Of a stretch of DNA of 64,000 nt, positions 30,250-40,076 are shown piece by piece; position 1 is the first letter of the stretch; every line of letters starts with the position of its first letter. The DNA is from an uncultured archaeon (GTDB lineage Archaea; Asgardarchaeota; Lokiarchaeia; Sigyniarchaeales; SOKP01): positions 32,001-96,000 of the forward strand of contig CAZDTP010000002.1 in the NCBI GenBank assembly GCA_964508365.1. The letters are read 5' to 3'. The notes under the pieces were generated by a model. It saw nothing but the letters and a program-made list of their open reading frames with translations. It searched no databases and was not told the origin of the DNA. A program made the position numbers and the translations under genes.

Positions 30250-32340
30250 CTAAGTGTAATATCTTTTTCTATCAATTTCCTTTGAACTGTTCCTTAAAAA
30301 CTCTTCGTCTTCCATGTTGTCATCTAAAACCTCAATATTTTTCTCGATTATATAAATTTCCTTTTGTAAATTCTTAAAGTTTTTAAAGAAATCTATTTCT
30401 GAGATATCTCCTGATTCAAATTTAGAATCTAATGCTTTTAACGTTTCCTCGAGGCTGAATTTCTCTTTTTGTAGGTCAAACATTTTTTTACGTCTTGTTT
30501 TACTATCCTTTCTAGAGTGATGTTTTGACCCTTCGTTTGGATAATTTGAAATAGAATCATGATTGAATAACTCGGAGAGGTGATTCTTTGAATACTCGTG
30601 ATATTGGGGCATACATCTACCTTTTTCTGTTGATTCATAGTATGTGGGATCATTTTTCAAACCATCAAAGATATGTGAGTCGTTGGGTGATGCACTAGGG
30701 AAAATTTTACCATATTTTTGTAATTGTTCTAATTTTCTCATTAATAAATTTTTTTCTTCCGCGTTTGTAATAGGATTTCCGAATCCATTGTTAAAACTTG
30801 TAGGTTTGTAATTTTGTATCCTGTTGTTATCGAATAGGTTTTGTAAGAAAAAATCGTTCTGATTATAAATCGGTGGGCCATTATTCGGTATGTTATTGTA
30901 ATAATAATTTAAGTCTTCAGGGTTCTTAATATTCCTATGATAGAATAATGGATTTTCGGGTATATTTTTATAATTAGGATTAGGATAATAGGGAAAGCTA
31001 GGATTATTGATATTATTATTTTGATAAGGATTATAAAAAGGCTGGTTTGGTGAGATATTACGCATATAATTCGAGTTTTGATTAAATGCCTGCGGTACTT
31101 GACCGTAATTAGCCAATCCATTATTTGGTTTGACATTATTATATTGACATTTCAAACTGAAGAAGGTATTGATTGCTTCTTCAATAAACTTTGCTATATC
31201 ACTCAAATCAACCTCAATGTTAAAGAGTTTTTTAGCAGCTTCCTTATCATAAATTATTGTCTCGTCAAAACTTCTCGCGAGCAAAATATAATCTAATACT
31301 CTAGAAACAGAGTTAGGAGGAAGAGAGAATTCGTATCTACCGTAGGGAAACTCAATATAAAGTTTCTTGAAGATTTTTCCTCTGATTTGAATTTTGGTTA
31401 AATCCTTTACGGGAGCTTTAAAAATACCCTCTTGTTTTTTCTTTCGCTTCCCATATTCATGGACAAATGAAAGGTCAAAATTAGTAACAAAAAGAATTCC
31501 TTTCTTTTTTTTATATTTATCTTGAGTATTAAGGCCGTTAGATAATTTTGCATATATTGCATAAACAGGTTTTTCTTTATCGGCTAGATTCAGAAACTTT
31601 AGATAATTTGTGAAATAAAAATTTATCTTATCAATAAAATTAAGATTATTTGAAAGAGTCTCGATGCTCGAACTAATTGTTTTGACATTATTGTCTATAA
31701 AAGAAATTATTAAATTATAGCTTCTAGTTAAATTTTCTAAAATATCTTCAATAATCTTTATATTCGAATTTTGTTGCGTGTAAATATCAAAAAAATATTC
31801 TTTATTAATTGATAGATGTTGAATAAAATTACGAATCTTTTCTATAAGATTTTCTTTCGCATATATAAATAACTTGAAGAGAGCCAATAAATCTAATTCC
31901 ATGGTAGGGTAATGAAAACACCTAATAGGGGGAACTCTTGCATCTATGACCTTTTGTTTTAATTGGTACAAAGAACCTAATAAATCTCTTAAGGGAGTTA
32001 TGAAGAATCTTGAATTTTTAATTAAATCCAAAAAACTTTTTTCTAAATCTTCTTTTTTTTCATAGATATTAATAATTTGGTTCGAATGGCATTTCGGACA
32101 AGACTTTAAGAGTTGACTTTTCTGAACTATATTTCCCTCTCCACAATCTTCACATATCTTCTTATCTCCTGATTCAGAAATAGTTATATTCGTTGAGTCA
32201 CAATCTTGACAAATAAATGTTTTTATTTTTTCTTCGTGTAAGCAATCGGAACAACAGCTGATCCCACATTTTTCACAATAATACGCCAGTTTCACATCTC
32301 TTTGACAGAAACGGCAAATTTGGAAGTGCTGATCCGACAT
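30250..32340 (-). CDS. Multidomain protein: FYVE-like Zn finger, helical region, PH/GRAM-like domain, N/P/Y-rich region, Vps23/TSG101-type steadiness box
   Basis: Cys pattern CxxC-x9-CxxC-x4-CxxC...CxxC; KGILFVTNFDLSFV beta-strand motif; C-terminal DLQKEKFSLEETLKAL..KF.SGDI....FFKNFK.L. Probable start is MSDQH at 32340 (track start 32379). Confidence 0.7.
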   Translation of the reverse strand: MSDQHFQICRFCQRDVKLAYYCEKCGISCCSDCLHEEKIKTFICQDCDSTNITISESGDKKICEDCGEGNIVQKSQLLKSCPKCHSNQIINIYEKKEDLEKSFLDLIKNSRFFITPLRDLLGSLYQLKQKVIDARVPPIRCFHYPTMELDLLALFKLFIYAKENLIEKIRNFIQHLSINKEYFFDIYTQQNSNIKIIEDILENLTRSYNLIISFIDNNVKTISSSIETLSNNLNFIDKINFYFTNYLKFLNLADKEKPVYAIYAKLSNGLNTQDKYKKKKGILFVTNFDLSFVHEYGKRKKKQEGIFKAPVKDLTKIQIRGKIFKKLYIEFPYGRYEFSLPPNSVSRVLDYILLARSFDETIIYDKEAAKKLFNIEVDLSDIAKFIEEAINTFFSLKCQYNNVKPNNGLANYGQVPQAFNQNSNYMRNISPNQPFYNPYQNNNINNPSFPYYPNPNYKNIPENPLFYHRNIKNPEDLNYYYNNIPNNGPPIYNQNDFFLQNLFDNNRIQNYKPTSFNNGFGNPITNAEEKNLLMRKLEQLQKYGKIFPSASPNDSHIFDGLKNDPTYYESTEKGRCMPQYHEYSKNHLSELFNHDSISNYPNEGSKHHSRKDSKTRRKKMFDLQKEKFSLEETLKALDSKFESGDISEIDFFKNFKNLQKEIYIIEKNIEVLDDNMEDEEFLRNSSKEIDRKRYYT

Positions 32341-32497
32341 AATTAGTTTTAAACCCGAATTATTTAAATTAAAAAACACACAATTTTTGATCGCTTTATC
32401 AACAGAAATAGATGAAAAAATACTACAAAAATAAGTATGTTATTGAAATATTACCTAAGCACTCTTTAAAATTTGTAGGAACAACACTTAAAAAAAG

Positions 32498-32791
32498 TTA
32501 TTTTATAATTTTCACTTTAGTTCCCAGTGCTTGACCAGGTACACCAGCTTTTTTGAAATGAGCTCTTATAGCACCATTATTACCATGGGCTCGTGTTATC
32601 GTCCCTTTCAATTCTTTTCCCGTAGAACTTACCCATACTACTATCCTTCCAATTAACTTATTAGCCTCTTTTCTATTGTTAATATTTGGAAATACGATTA
32701 TACAATGTTTAGGGTGAAGAGTATGGCGACCCTGCCGATAGTTGGAGATGCTACCCTCCATACCTAATATATCTAATTTATTTAAAGTCAT
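32498..32791 (-). CDS. rpl35ae: 50S ribosomal protein L35Ae
   Basis: NYRQG, A.KLIGR.V.W, G.ITRAHGNNG..RAHF. Confidence 0.95.
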   Translation of the reverse strand: MTLNKLDILGMEGSISNYRQGRHTLHPKHCIIVFPNINNRKEANKLIGRIVVWVSSTGKELKGTITRAHGNNGAIRAHFKKAGVPGQALGTKVKIIK

Positions 32792-32937
32792 TTTAAGAAA
32801 CCACCAGTAATTATTAGAATTACTTAATAGTTAGAAGAAATATTTAAAAAAATAAAAATTTTCGTAAATGTAGTTCTTTTTATCTTAGATTTTAAAAAAA
32901 GAAAACTTTTTGAACAAAACCCATTTAATATAATCCA

Positions 32938-34332
32938 ATGAAGGTTGCGTTTAATAGGACAAAAATTACACCTAAGGATTATATAGGGAAACCCATGGCA
33001 GGGTATGCTCGCAAAGATCTCTGCTTAGGGAAACTAGATGATATTCATGCTCATGGTGTTTTAATAAACATAAATAGTGGTAATAATAAATATAATTTAC
33101 TATTAATTTCGGTTGATTTATTAAAATTACCACTTTCGATTGTGGAGTATATTAAAAAGAGATTGATTTCTAAATTTAAGTCATTAAAACCAGACGAAAT
33201 ATTTCTACATGCTACTCACACCCATTCCTCATTTGATCTTACAGGTGAGTTTTACTATCCTGGCGGAACATTAGGATTCATAAAAGGGGTGATGTTTGCT
33301 GATAACAAAAACGACAGATTTATTGTATGGATGACTAATAGAATTGTGAGAATGGTTAGTAAACTATTTGAGGATTTAGAGCAATGCAAGATAGCTTGGA
33401 AAAAAGAAAGTTTTAACCCCGATATTGTTCTTAATCGAAGATGGCCAAAGAGGAAGGTTCTACCAGATTTAGGAATAATTGCTTTTAAAAAATTAGAAGA
33501 TAGTAAATTAATCGGAATTCTAATTAATTATTCGTGTCATCCGACCACATTATCATATAAAAATAATCTACTATCGGCTGATTTCCCGGGGAGGGTAATT
33601 TCTAAAGTTGATGATTTAACAAGTGGAAGCATCAAATCTATTTATTTTAACGGTCCATCTGGAGATTTAAACCCAATAACAACCTCAGGGACTAATTTGG
33701 AGAAAATAAATGAAGATAAGACGTTATCCTATGACCAGTTAGGAACTTACAAACATACAAAAAAAATTGGGTATACAATTGGCGAAGAAGCCTTAAAATT
33801 TGCTAATTCTATTCCTGAAGAGGATTATTCTACATTTACAGAGGTTGAAATATATACAAAGAAATTATTAATTCCCCAGAAAGATGCGAAATATTATTCA
33901 AAGGTATGGTTTTCAAATAAAGTTAAGTGGTTAATAAAAAAATATTTTTTATTTAAAATAGCCAAGTTTGATTATAAGTTTGTTAATTTTCCATTTTTTA
34001 CGGTTGAGCGCAAGAATTTAAAGAATTACGGAAAAACAGTAGTTGGTTTTATTAAATTTAAAGCAAGTAATAAGAAAACTTACGGAATAATAACGATTCC
34101 TGGTGAATTATTTGAAGAAATTGGAAAAACTCTAATTTCAAATTCCCCAACTAAGATGGAAAACACTTTAATTTTTCAAAATTGTCAAGATTGGATAGGT
34201 TATTTATTCCCATTAGAAATGTATATTAAAGAAGGCGGGTATGAACCATTTATGTGTTTTAGTCCTCTGTGTGGTGCTTATATAGAAAATGCTGCTAAGA
34301 AATTTTTAAAGGAAATTAAAGATAAATCTTAG
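32938..34332 (+). CDS. Neutral/alkaline ceramidase superfamily protein
   Basis: MAGY, HATHTHS, NYSCHPT, NGPSGD, IPGE, GY motifs. Confidence 0.8.
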   Translation: MKVAFNRTKITPKDYIGKPMAGYARKDLCLGKLDDIHAHGVLININSGNNKYNLLLISVDLLKLPLSIVEYIKKRLISKFKSLKPDEIFLHATHTHSSFDLTGEFYYPGGTLGFIKGVMFADNKNDRFIVWMTNRIVRMVSKLFEDLEQCKIAWKKESFNPDIVLNRRWPKRKVLPDLGIIAFKKLEDSKLIGILINYSCHPTTLSYKNNLLSADFPGRVISKVDDLTSGSIKSIYFNGPSGDLNPITTSGTNLEKINEDKTLSYDQLGTYKHTKKIGYTIGEEALKFANSIPEEDYSTFTEVEIYTKKLLIPQKDAKYYSKVWFSNKVKWLIKKYFLFKIAKFDYKFVNFPFFTVERKNLKNYGKTVVGFIKFKASNKKTYGIITIPGELFEEIGKTLISNSPTKMENTLIFQNCQDWIGYLFPLEMYIKEGGYEPFMCFSPLCGAYIENAAKKFLKEIKDKS

Positions 34333-34349
34333 AAATAGGTCAAGGATAT

Positions 34350-35558
34350 CTATACAATCTGCTTTTCTGCTAATTCCCACGCCTTTTTATTTAAATTAAT
34401 GTACTTATTCAGATATTCATTTTCTGATAGAGATGATGCTTGATTTGCGATTGTTTTCTCTTCTGTTATCAACTTTTTTTCAATTTGTGCCAATTTATCA
34501 AGGTATACCTGCTTTTCTGGTTTAATAGAGCGTTTTTTGTATGGTTTAATGAATTCTTTATGTCTTGACCAAAACCACATAGGATCGAGCTCTTCATAAG
34601 GTCCTGGTTTTTTTACGGAAAATTTTTGACCTTCTGCGGGAAAAATATAAGGTTTAAATACATTTAAACATGGAAGCGAGCCTCCAGTAAACCAATGGAC
34701 AGAATTTTTTACATTTTTTTTTAGGTGAGAAATCTGAGAACCAGTTGATTGAAAAGATCCGTGCATACAAATACCTACATCGTGTTCTCTTAAAAAATCC
34801 ATCATTAAAGAAGGGTTTATTGTTTTTCTATTTTCCTTTAACATGTTAAGAGTACAACCATCTCGCGACTCTGGTGAAAAACTGTTTGGAATCTGTGGAT
34901 CTGAAAAAATTATCGCAAAGTCAAAATCCTCATCATCTTTACAATATCCACTATCGATGGCATGTTGGATAATACCTTTCCGTCTCATATCTCCTTTACC
35001 TCTTATAGATAAGTTGTTAGAAATTGATCTAATCTCTTTGACTGTTTCTACAATCCACCATTTATCAGCCGTTTCTAGAACGAATGCTTCGTTATTATCT
35101 GCAATTATATAGGAATTATGATAAATCCATCCTTGTTGGTTGTAAGCACAACTTCCTCCTTGTCCATATCTTTCTAATAAATCGGTAATTACTTCTAGAG
35201 CTTCTTTTGCAGATTTACCGCGTTCTAAACCTAACCGGAGCAAATCCATACCTAATAATCCGGTTTCGTAATATTTTTCTTTTGAATATACCGCTTCATT
35301 TCCTATTACGACACCATATTCATTTGAACCCATTTCACAACCAAACATCCAGAATGGTTGACTCATAATTAGCGCCGCTGTTTCTTTAACTTGTGGTATA
35401 GAAATATACGTACACTTTACCTGGTCTCCTTTTGAATAACCTTTTTTTGGACTGAATGTTATTAATTGAGCTTCAGCTTGAGGTCTGTCGCTATTTTTTC
35501 CGAATATTACGTTACCATCTTCCGTAGAATTTCCTAACGCTACTAAAGTATCACACAT
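34350..35558 (-). CDS. Peptidase C69 / secernin family Ntn-hydrolase
   Basis: MCDT nucleophile, GKNSDRP, WMFG.EMG.NEYGV.IGNEA, GMDLLRLGLER. Confidence 0.92.
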   Translation of the reverse strand: MCDTLVALGNSTEDGNVIFGKNSDRPQAEAQLITFSPKKGYSKGDQVKCTYISIPQVKETAALIMSQPFWMFGCEMGSNEYGVVIGNEAVYSKEKYYETGLLGMDLLRLGLERGKSAKEALEVITDLLERYGQGGSCAYNQQGWIYHNSYIIADNNEAFVLETADKWWIVETVKEIRSISNNLSIRGKGDMRRKGIIQHAIDSGYCKDDEDFDFAIIFSDPQIPNSFSPESRDGCTLNMLKENRKTINPSLMMDFLREHDVGICMHGSFQSTGSQISHLKKNVKNSVHWFTGGSLPCLNVFKPYIFPAEGQKFSVKKPGPYEELDPMWFWSRHKEFIKPYKKRSIKPEKQVYLDKLAQIEKKLITEEKTIANQASSLSENEYLNKYINLNKKAWELAEKQIV

Positions 35559-35882
35559 TTTATTTCCTCGTACAATTCATATAATTTTCTTTATAGTTTA
35601 GAAAAAATGATTAAAAATTTTTAAAATTTGATGAAATAATGAGTTAGATTTGATAGATTTCGCGCTATAAAAGAAAGTCACCAACTTTACAAATATAAAC
35701 ATTGATCTTATTTAATCTGAATTTTAAATTGATTTTCTTAGGCATGCTATTGATTCAAACAATAATCATTTTTAATTAACCTTTTATAAAAATAACATTT
35801 TAAGTCTATGACTATATAAATACAATTACTGATTTCTTAGGCTTTTTTTCTGTAATTTAAGTTTCAAAAAAAATGAGCTAAA

Positions 35883-37679
35883 TTGATGGAAAATAAGAAT
35901 TGTGTGTGGATTTTCTCATTTGAATATGCCGGTGTGGTAAAAGTTGGAGGGCTTGGAGAAGTACCAGCAAATCAGGCGAAACATTTATCTGAACAGTTCA
36001 AAATTACCGTATTTATGCCCTCACATGGAAAGGTTGAAGACTTAAAAAGTAAATATACTATGGAAAAATTACCCTTCACCTGTGTTGGAACTATTAACCC
36101 TACTCTGTTTGGAATAATGGAGGAAGAAACGAGTTATAATATCTCGTTTTATAAATTTAAAAAAGAAAATGTTGAAATCATTCTATTTTCTGGCGATAAT
36201 TCATTTACATCAAAATTCTTGGATGACAACAATGTGTATAATCCTAATACCATAATGGGAAAAATTGCGTTATTTAGTCTAGGAATTCGTTGTTTAGTAG
36301 GCTATTTCATTGAAAGCAAAAGAAATGATTTACCTAAAATAGTACATTTACATGATTATCATGCGGTTTTGCCCTTTTTCGGGATGAAACAAGTTTTGGC
36401 AAGAAATGGATTGGAAGTTGCATCATTATTAACCATACATTTAATGACATGGCCTAGGTTCGAATATAATTTTTACAGAATTTGTGCAATTGATGACACA
36501 CCAATCAGAGTTTTGCTTAGTAGCGGATTTGAAATGTTAAACTTGAACCAAATTCTGCAAATATCTCAATTCGACGAAAATAAGTGGACAGAATTTGTAA
36601 TGCCTGCGGTTGAAAAAATTGGAGCTATTATTTCGGATATAGTGACTACTGTAAGCGAATCGTATTTAAATTCCGATATCATACCAAATTGTGGAAAGGG
36701 ATTAATAGAATTTAAAGCAGATTTTCTTTGGGATGGTTGCGATTGGGATTATTATGAAATTTTTAATCAAGTTATTGAGACTCATGGGAATGAGATTCGT
36801 AATTTTATACAAATTAACGACAATACTGAAATTAATGAACAGAATATGAAGAGATTTTTATTGGAGTATAAAATCGGGCATCTCAGCCATAGTCCACTAA
36901 TTAGTTCTCAAAACGTATTAAACACCATAAATGAAATCTCGAATGGAAACCCATTAATCAAAAACGGTAACATTAAAGCTTTTTTGGATTCAGGTCCATT
37001 AGTTTTAACAACTGGCCGAATTTCACCCCAAAAGGGATTTGATATCATTTTTGAAGCTGTTCCCGAAGTCTTGAAGGTTATACCTAATGTGAAATTTCTT
37101 TTTTTGCTACTACCTACGGATTATAGTATAAATGAAATTAAAACTTATTCACAATTCGTGAAGCAATATCCTCAGAACATCAGAATCATTTTTGGTGTAG
37201 CTTCAGACATTTTTTACTTAGCACATTTATCTGCAGATGTTTATTGTGCATTATCGAGATGGGAACCTTTTGGTATTATGGCGCTAGAAGCGATGGCATG
37301 TAAAATTCCTATTATCGCTACAAAAGTAGGAGGTTTGCAAGAAACTATTGTTGATGCTGTATTGAATCCAAAAACGGGTACGGGAATTTTAATTGATAGA
37401 GATAATCCTGATCAATTCGCTAAAGCTCTAATTTCCTTATGTAAATCGCTAGAAGTCGCTCATTTGGTTAACTCTTCTGAAAGTCACACAATCTTTGATA
37501 CAGATACACTTAAAATCGTTAATCAAATACCTGACGAAGTTATAAAATCACACGTTCTTCTAAATCACACGTTTTTTAATTCTATAAAAGAAAATTGTTA
37601 CAAAAGGGTGAAAGAAAATTTTACATGGAGTATAGTTTCTAAAAAATTAGCTCTTCTATACGAAAATTTAAATTCCTAA
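35883..37679 (+). CDS. glgA: Glycogen synthase (GT-B)
   Basis: KVGGLG, HLHDYH, TTVS..Y, GRISPQKG, SRWEPFG. Confidence 0.88.
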   Translation: MMENKNCVWIFSFEYAGVVKVGGLGEVPANQAKHLSEQFKITVFMPSHGKVEDLKSKYTMEKLPFTCVGTINPTLFGIMEEETSYNISFYKFKKENVEIILFSGDNSFTSKFLDDNNVYNPNTIMGKIALFSLGIRCLVGYFIESKRNDLPKIVHLHDYHAVLPFFGMKQVLARNGLEVASLLTIHLMTWPRFEYNFYRICAIDDTPIRVLLSSGFEMLNLNQILQISQFDENKWTEFVMPAVEKIGAIISDIVTTVSESYLNSDIIPNCGKGLIEFKADFLWDGCDWDYYEIFNQVIETHGNEIRNFIQINDNTEINEQNMKRFLLEYKIGHLSHSPLISSQNVLNTINEISNGNPLIKNGNIKAFLDSGPLVLTTGRISPQKGFDIIFEAVPEVLKVIPNVKFLFLLLPTDYSINEIKTYSQFVKQYPQNIRIIFGVASDIFYLAHLSADVYCALSRWEPFGIMALEAMACKIPIIATKVGGLQETIVDAVLNPKTGTGILIDRDNPDQFAKALISLCKSLEVAHLVNSSESHTIFDTDTLKIVNQIPDEVIKSHVLLNHTFFNSIKENCYKRVKENFTWSIVSKKLALLYENLNS

Positions 37680-37776
37680 GCTTTAACTGTTTTTAGAACA
37701 GAAAAGGTGTATAATTATAAATAATTAATAATTTTTTTCTCTCTCCAATTCTTAATCTTTTAATAATACGGATATA

Positions 37777-39975
37777 CTAATTAGAATTCCAAAAACTATT
37801 TAGATTCTGGAAGAGAATTTTAGGTTTATCTGGAATAAGTTCTAATTCATTTCTTATCCACTCAGCAATCCATTTGGATTTTTGTTTAAAGCGGGAATCC
37901 ATGAAAATTATAGCCCCCCTATCTTTTATTTTTCTTATAGGGCGTCCAGAAGCTTGATTTGCCCGTTGAATCGCGGGATAAAGATAAGCAAAATTCCATC
38001 CCTGTTTGTTAAAAACTTTATCGTAATATTCAATTTTTGCATTAACACGAGGAGTAGGTAAGTGATAAGGAAAACCAGCGATGATTACAGAATTCATATG
38101 ATCACCAGGATAATCCTCTCCTTCTGAATTTCTTCCACCACATACTCCTAACAAAATTGCTCCATTACGAGGTTTAGAAGCCATTGATTTAAAATCGTTT
38201 ATTAATTCAGCATTTTCAGAGGCAGAAAGACCAGGTTCCTCAATAAATAGCTTCTTGTTGTAATTCATAGCGATAGGTTCAATGCCGCTATTAGCTAATG
38301 CATTTAGAATTTTGTACGATGCACAAAATATACCGATATTTGCTGGGGTGCTACTTATAACTTCTTCAATTTTAGAGAGCATCTTTTTAAACATTAGAGG
38401 ATTTCGATTTTCTCTACGAGTATCCACACCTTCAGTTATAATAGCTTTAATATTTTGTTTTTGAAATGGAGAATCGGCGATTATACCCTTGTAACTTTTT
38501 CCACTTTGTTGTAAACTCATTAAATTATTATATACATATGGATTTACGGTTCCTGAAAGATGCAAGCTCGTATAACATTCTTTCAAAATAGGAATAGCGA
38601 TTTCTCTAGGATCTAATGCAACTATTTCTATAGAGATTGTAGATTTCCCTTTAACCTCTTTTTTATTATAACAGAAGAAATAGTTTTCCAGTAGATAACA
38701 CCTTATCCATTTTATCCAAAATTCTGCCAAGGACCCTAAATAATCTCTTGAGATTTCTCCATTAGCTAATTTCTCTTCGTGAACTGAAACACTAAAATCT
38801 AGTAAATCATTAACGAAATTTTTAAACTCATTCAAATTAACAATGCGTAAGATAGAATACACTTGAGCTAAGAATTTTTCCGCATCTATTTCTTTTTCAA
38901 AAACATTAAGATTTTTTTTCTTTTTATCTAAGTGACTTATAAGAGCCGTCACGAATGCTTGCATAATAGTTGGTGAACGATATATCTCAAGATCTTTTAA
39001 ACATAATCTAAGCGAATATGGAGTTATCCTATCGGAGTTAACTTCAGTTGCTATATCAATAACATTATGGCATTCATCGAGAACTAAAATGCAATTAGTT
39101 AATTCTTTATCTATAAATTGCATAAAATTTTGCCGGATAGATGGGTTAAATAACCATTGATAATTACATATTATCAGTTTCATATCTTTTAAGAGAAATT
39201 TGCTCAAAAAATAAGGACACAATTTTTGTTCGCTACAAAATTTTATTAAATCTTCAGCATCTACGGGGACATCGAAAATTTCAGGAGCGATATTAATTAA
39301 ATTATCATATTGATCTCTCTTTTTAATTAGGTTGAGAAAAAATTTACAGCTCCTATTTTTTCTTAAATCTGAGCACACAGCCATTGATTCTCGGGGATTA
39401 AGTTTTAAAGACAAAAGTACTTCATTAAGGCACATTTCGTTCCTTCCCCGAATAGAAAGTCCGTTAACCTTAATATTGATTTCATTATTTCTCAAATGAT
39501 TAGAAATTTTTGTAAGTTCCTTGATAATCCGAGTGTTTTGGGAGTGGGTGCGACATAAATATATTATCTTTAAATTCTTTTTAATTGCTAATGGTAACAT
39601 GGCGCTTAAAGCGATAATGGTCTTACCTGTTCCGTTCGGTGCTGCAAGTAAAGAATTTTTTTTTTCTTGAGAAGCTTTTTCGATTTGCTTTATGATACTC
39701 TCTTGCTCTTTTCTAAAATGAACATAGGGAAAAAAGGTTAGGTAACTGATTTTTTGAGGATTTGAATTACTGGTATCTTTATCTGATTTTTTTTTATTCT
39801 CCGCATTAGAGTTGTTATCATCAAAACTTGCATGATCAATTTCATGCAATAAGTCGTTGTCATTGTTTACTACTAATCTACCCTTTTTCAGAATATAAGA
39901 GAGAGAACAAGTTTTACAATAAAATCGATTATTACTAGGAAATAATACTTTTTCGCAGTTTGGGCAAAATTTCAT
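37777..39975 (-). CDS. xpd: XPD/Rad3 Fe-S DNA helicase with N-terminal TFS/RPB9-like zinc ribbon
   Basis: APNGTGKT, RTHSQ, Fe-S Cys (GRNEMC...C...C...LCPY), DECHN, SGT, EGEDYPG, QASGRPIR. Confidence 0.92.
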   Translation of the reverse strand: MKFCPNCEKVLFPSNNRFYCKTCSLSYILKKGRLVVNNDNDLLHEIDHASFDDNNSNAENKKKSDKDTSNSNPQKISYLTFFPYVHFRKEQESIIKQIEKASQEKKNSLLAAPNGTGKTIIALSAMLPLAIKKNLKIIYLCRTHSQNTRIIKELTKISNHLRNNEINIKVNGLSIRGRNEMCLNEVLLSLKLNPRESMAVCSDLRKNRSCKFFLNLIKKRDQYDNLINIAPEIFDVPVDAEDLIKFCSEQKLCPYFLSKFLLKDMKLIICNYQWLFNPSIRQNFMQFIDKELTNCILVLDECHNVIDIATEVNSDRITPYSLRLCLKDLEIYRSPTIMQAFVTALISHLDKKKKNLNVFEKEIDAEKFLAQVYSILRIVNLNEFKNFVNDLLDFSVSVHEEKLANGEISRDYLGSLAEFWIKWIRCYLLENYFFCYNKKEVKGKSTISIEIVALDPREIAIPILKECYTSLHLSGTVNPYVYNNLMSLQQSGKSYKGIIADSPFQKQNIKAIITEGVDTRRENRNPLMFKKMLSKIEEVISSTPANIGIFCASYKILNALANSGIEPIAMNYNKKLFIEEPGLSASENAELINDFKSMASKPRNGAILLGVCGGRNSEGEDYPGDHMNSVIIAGFPYHLPTPRVNAKIEYYDKVFNKQGWNFAYLYPAIQRANQASGRPIRKIKDRGAIIFMDSRFKQKSKWIAEWIRNELELIPDKPKILFQNLNSFWNSN

Positions 39976-40076
39976 GATAAAAATAGTTGTTTATCTTATA
40001 ATCTTAATATAAATTCAAAGTTAATATTTGTAAAGACCATATAAGTTTATTTATTAATGCTTAATTTTATAAGAAA

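Noticed and set aside
32090-32320. A true PI3P-binding FYVE domain
   Set aside because: The R(R/K)HHCR and WxxD signatures are absent. Only the Cys spacing is FYVE-like.
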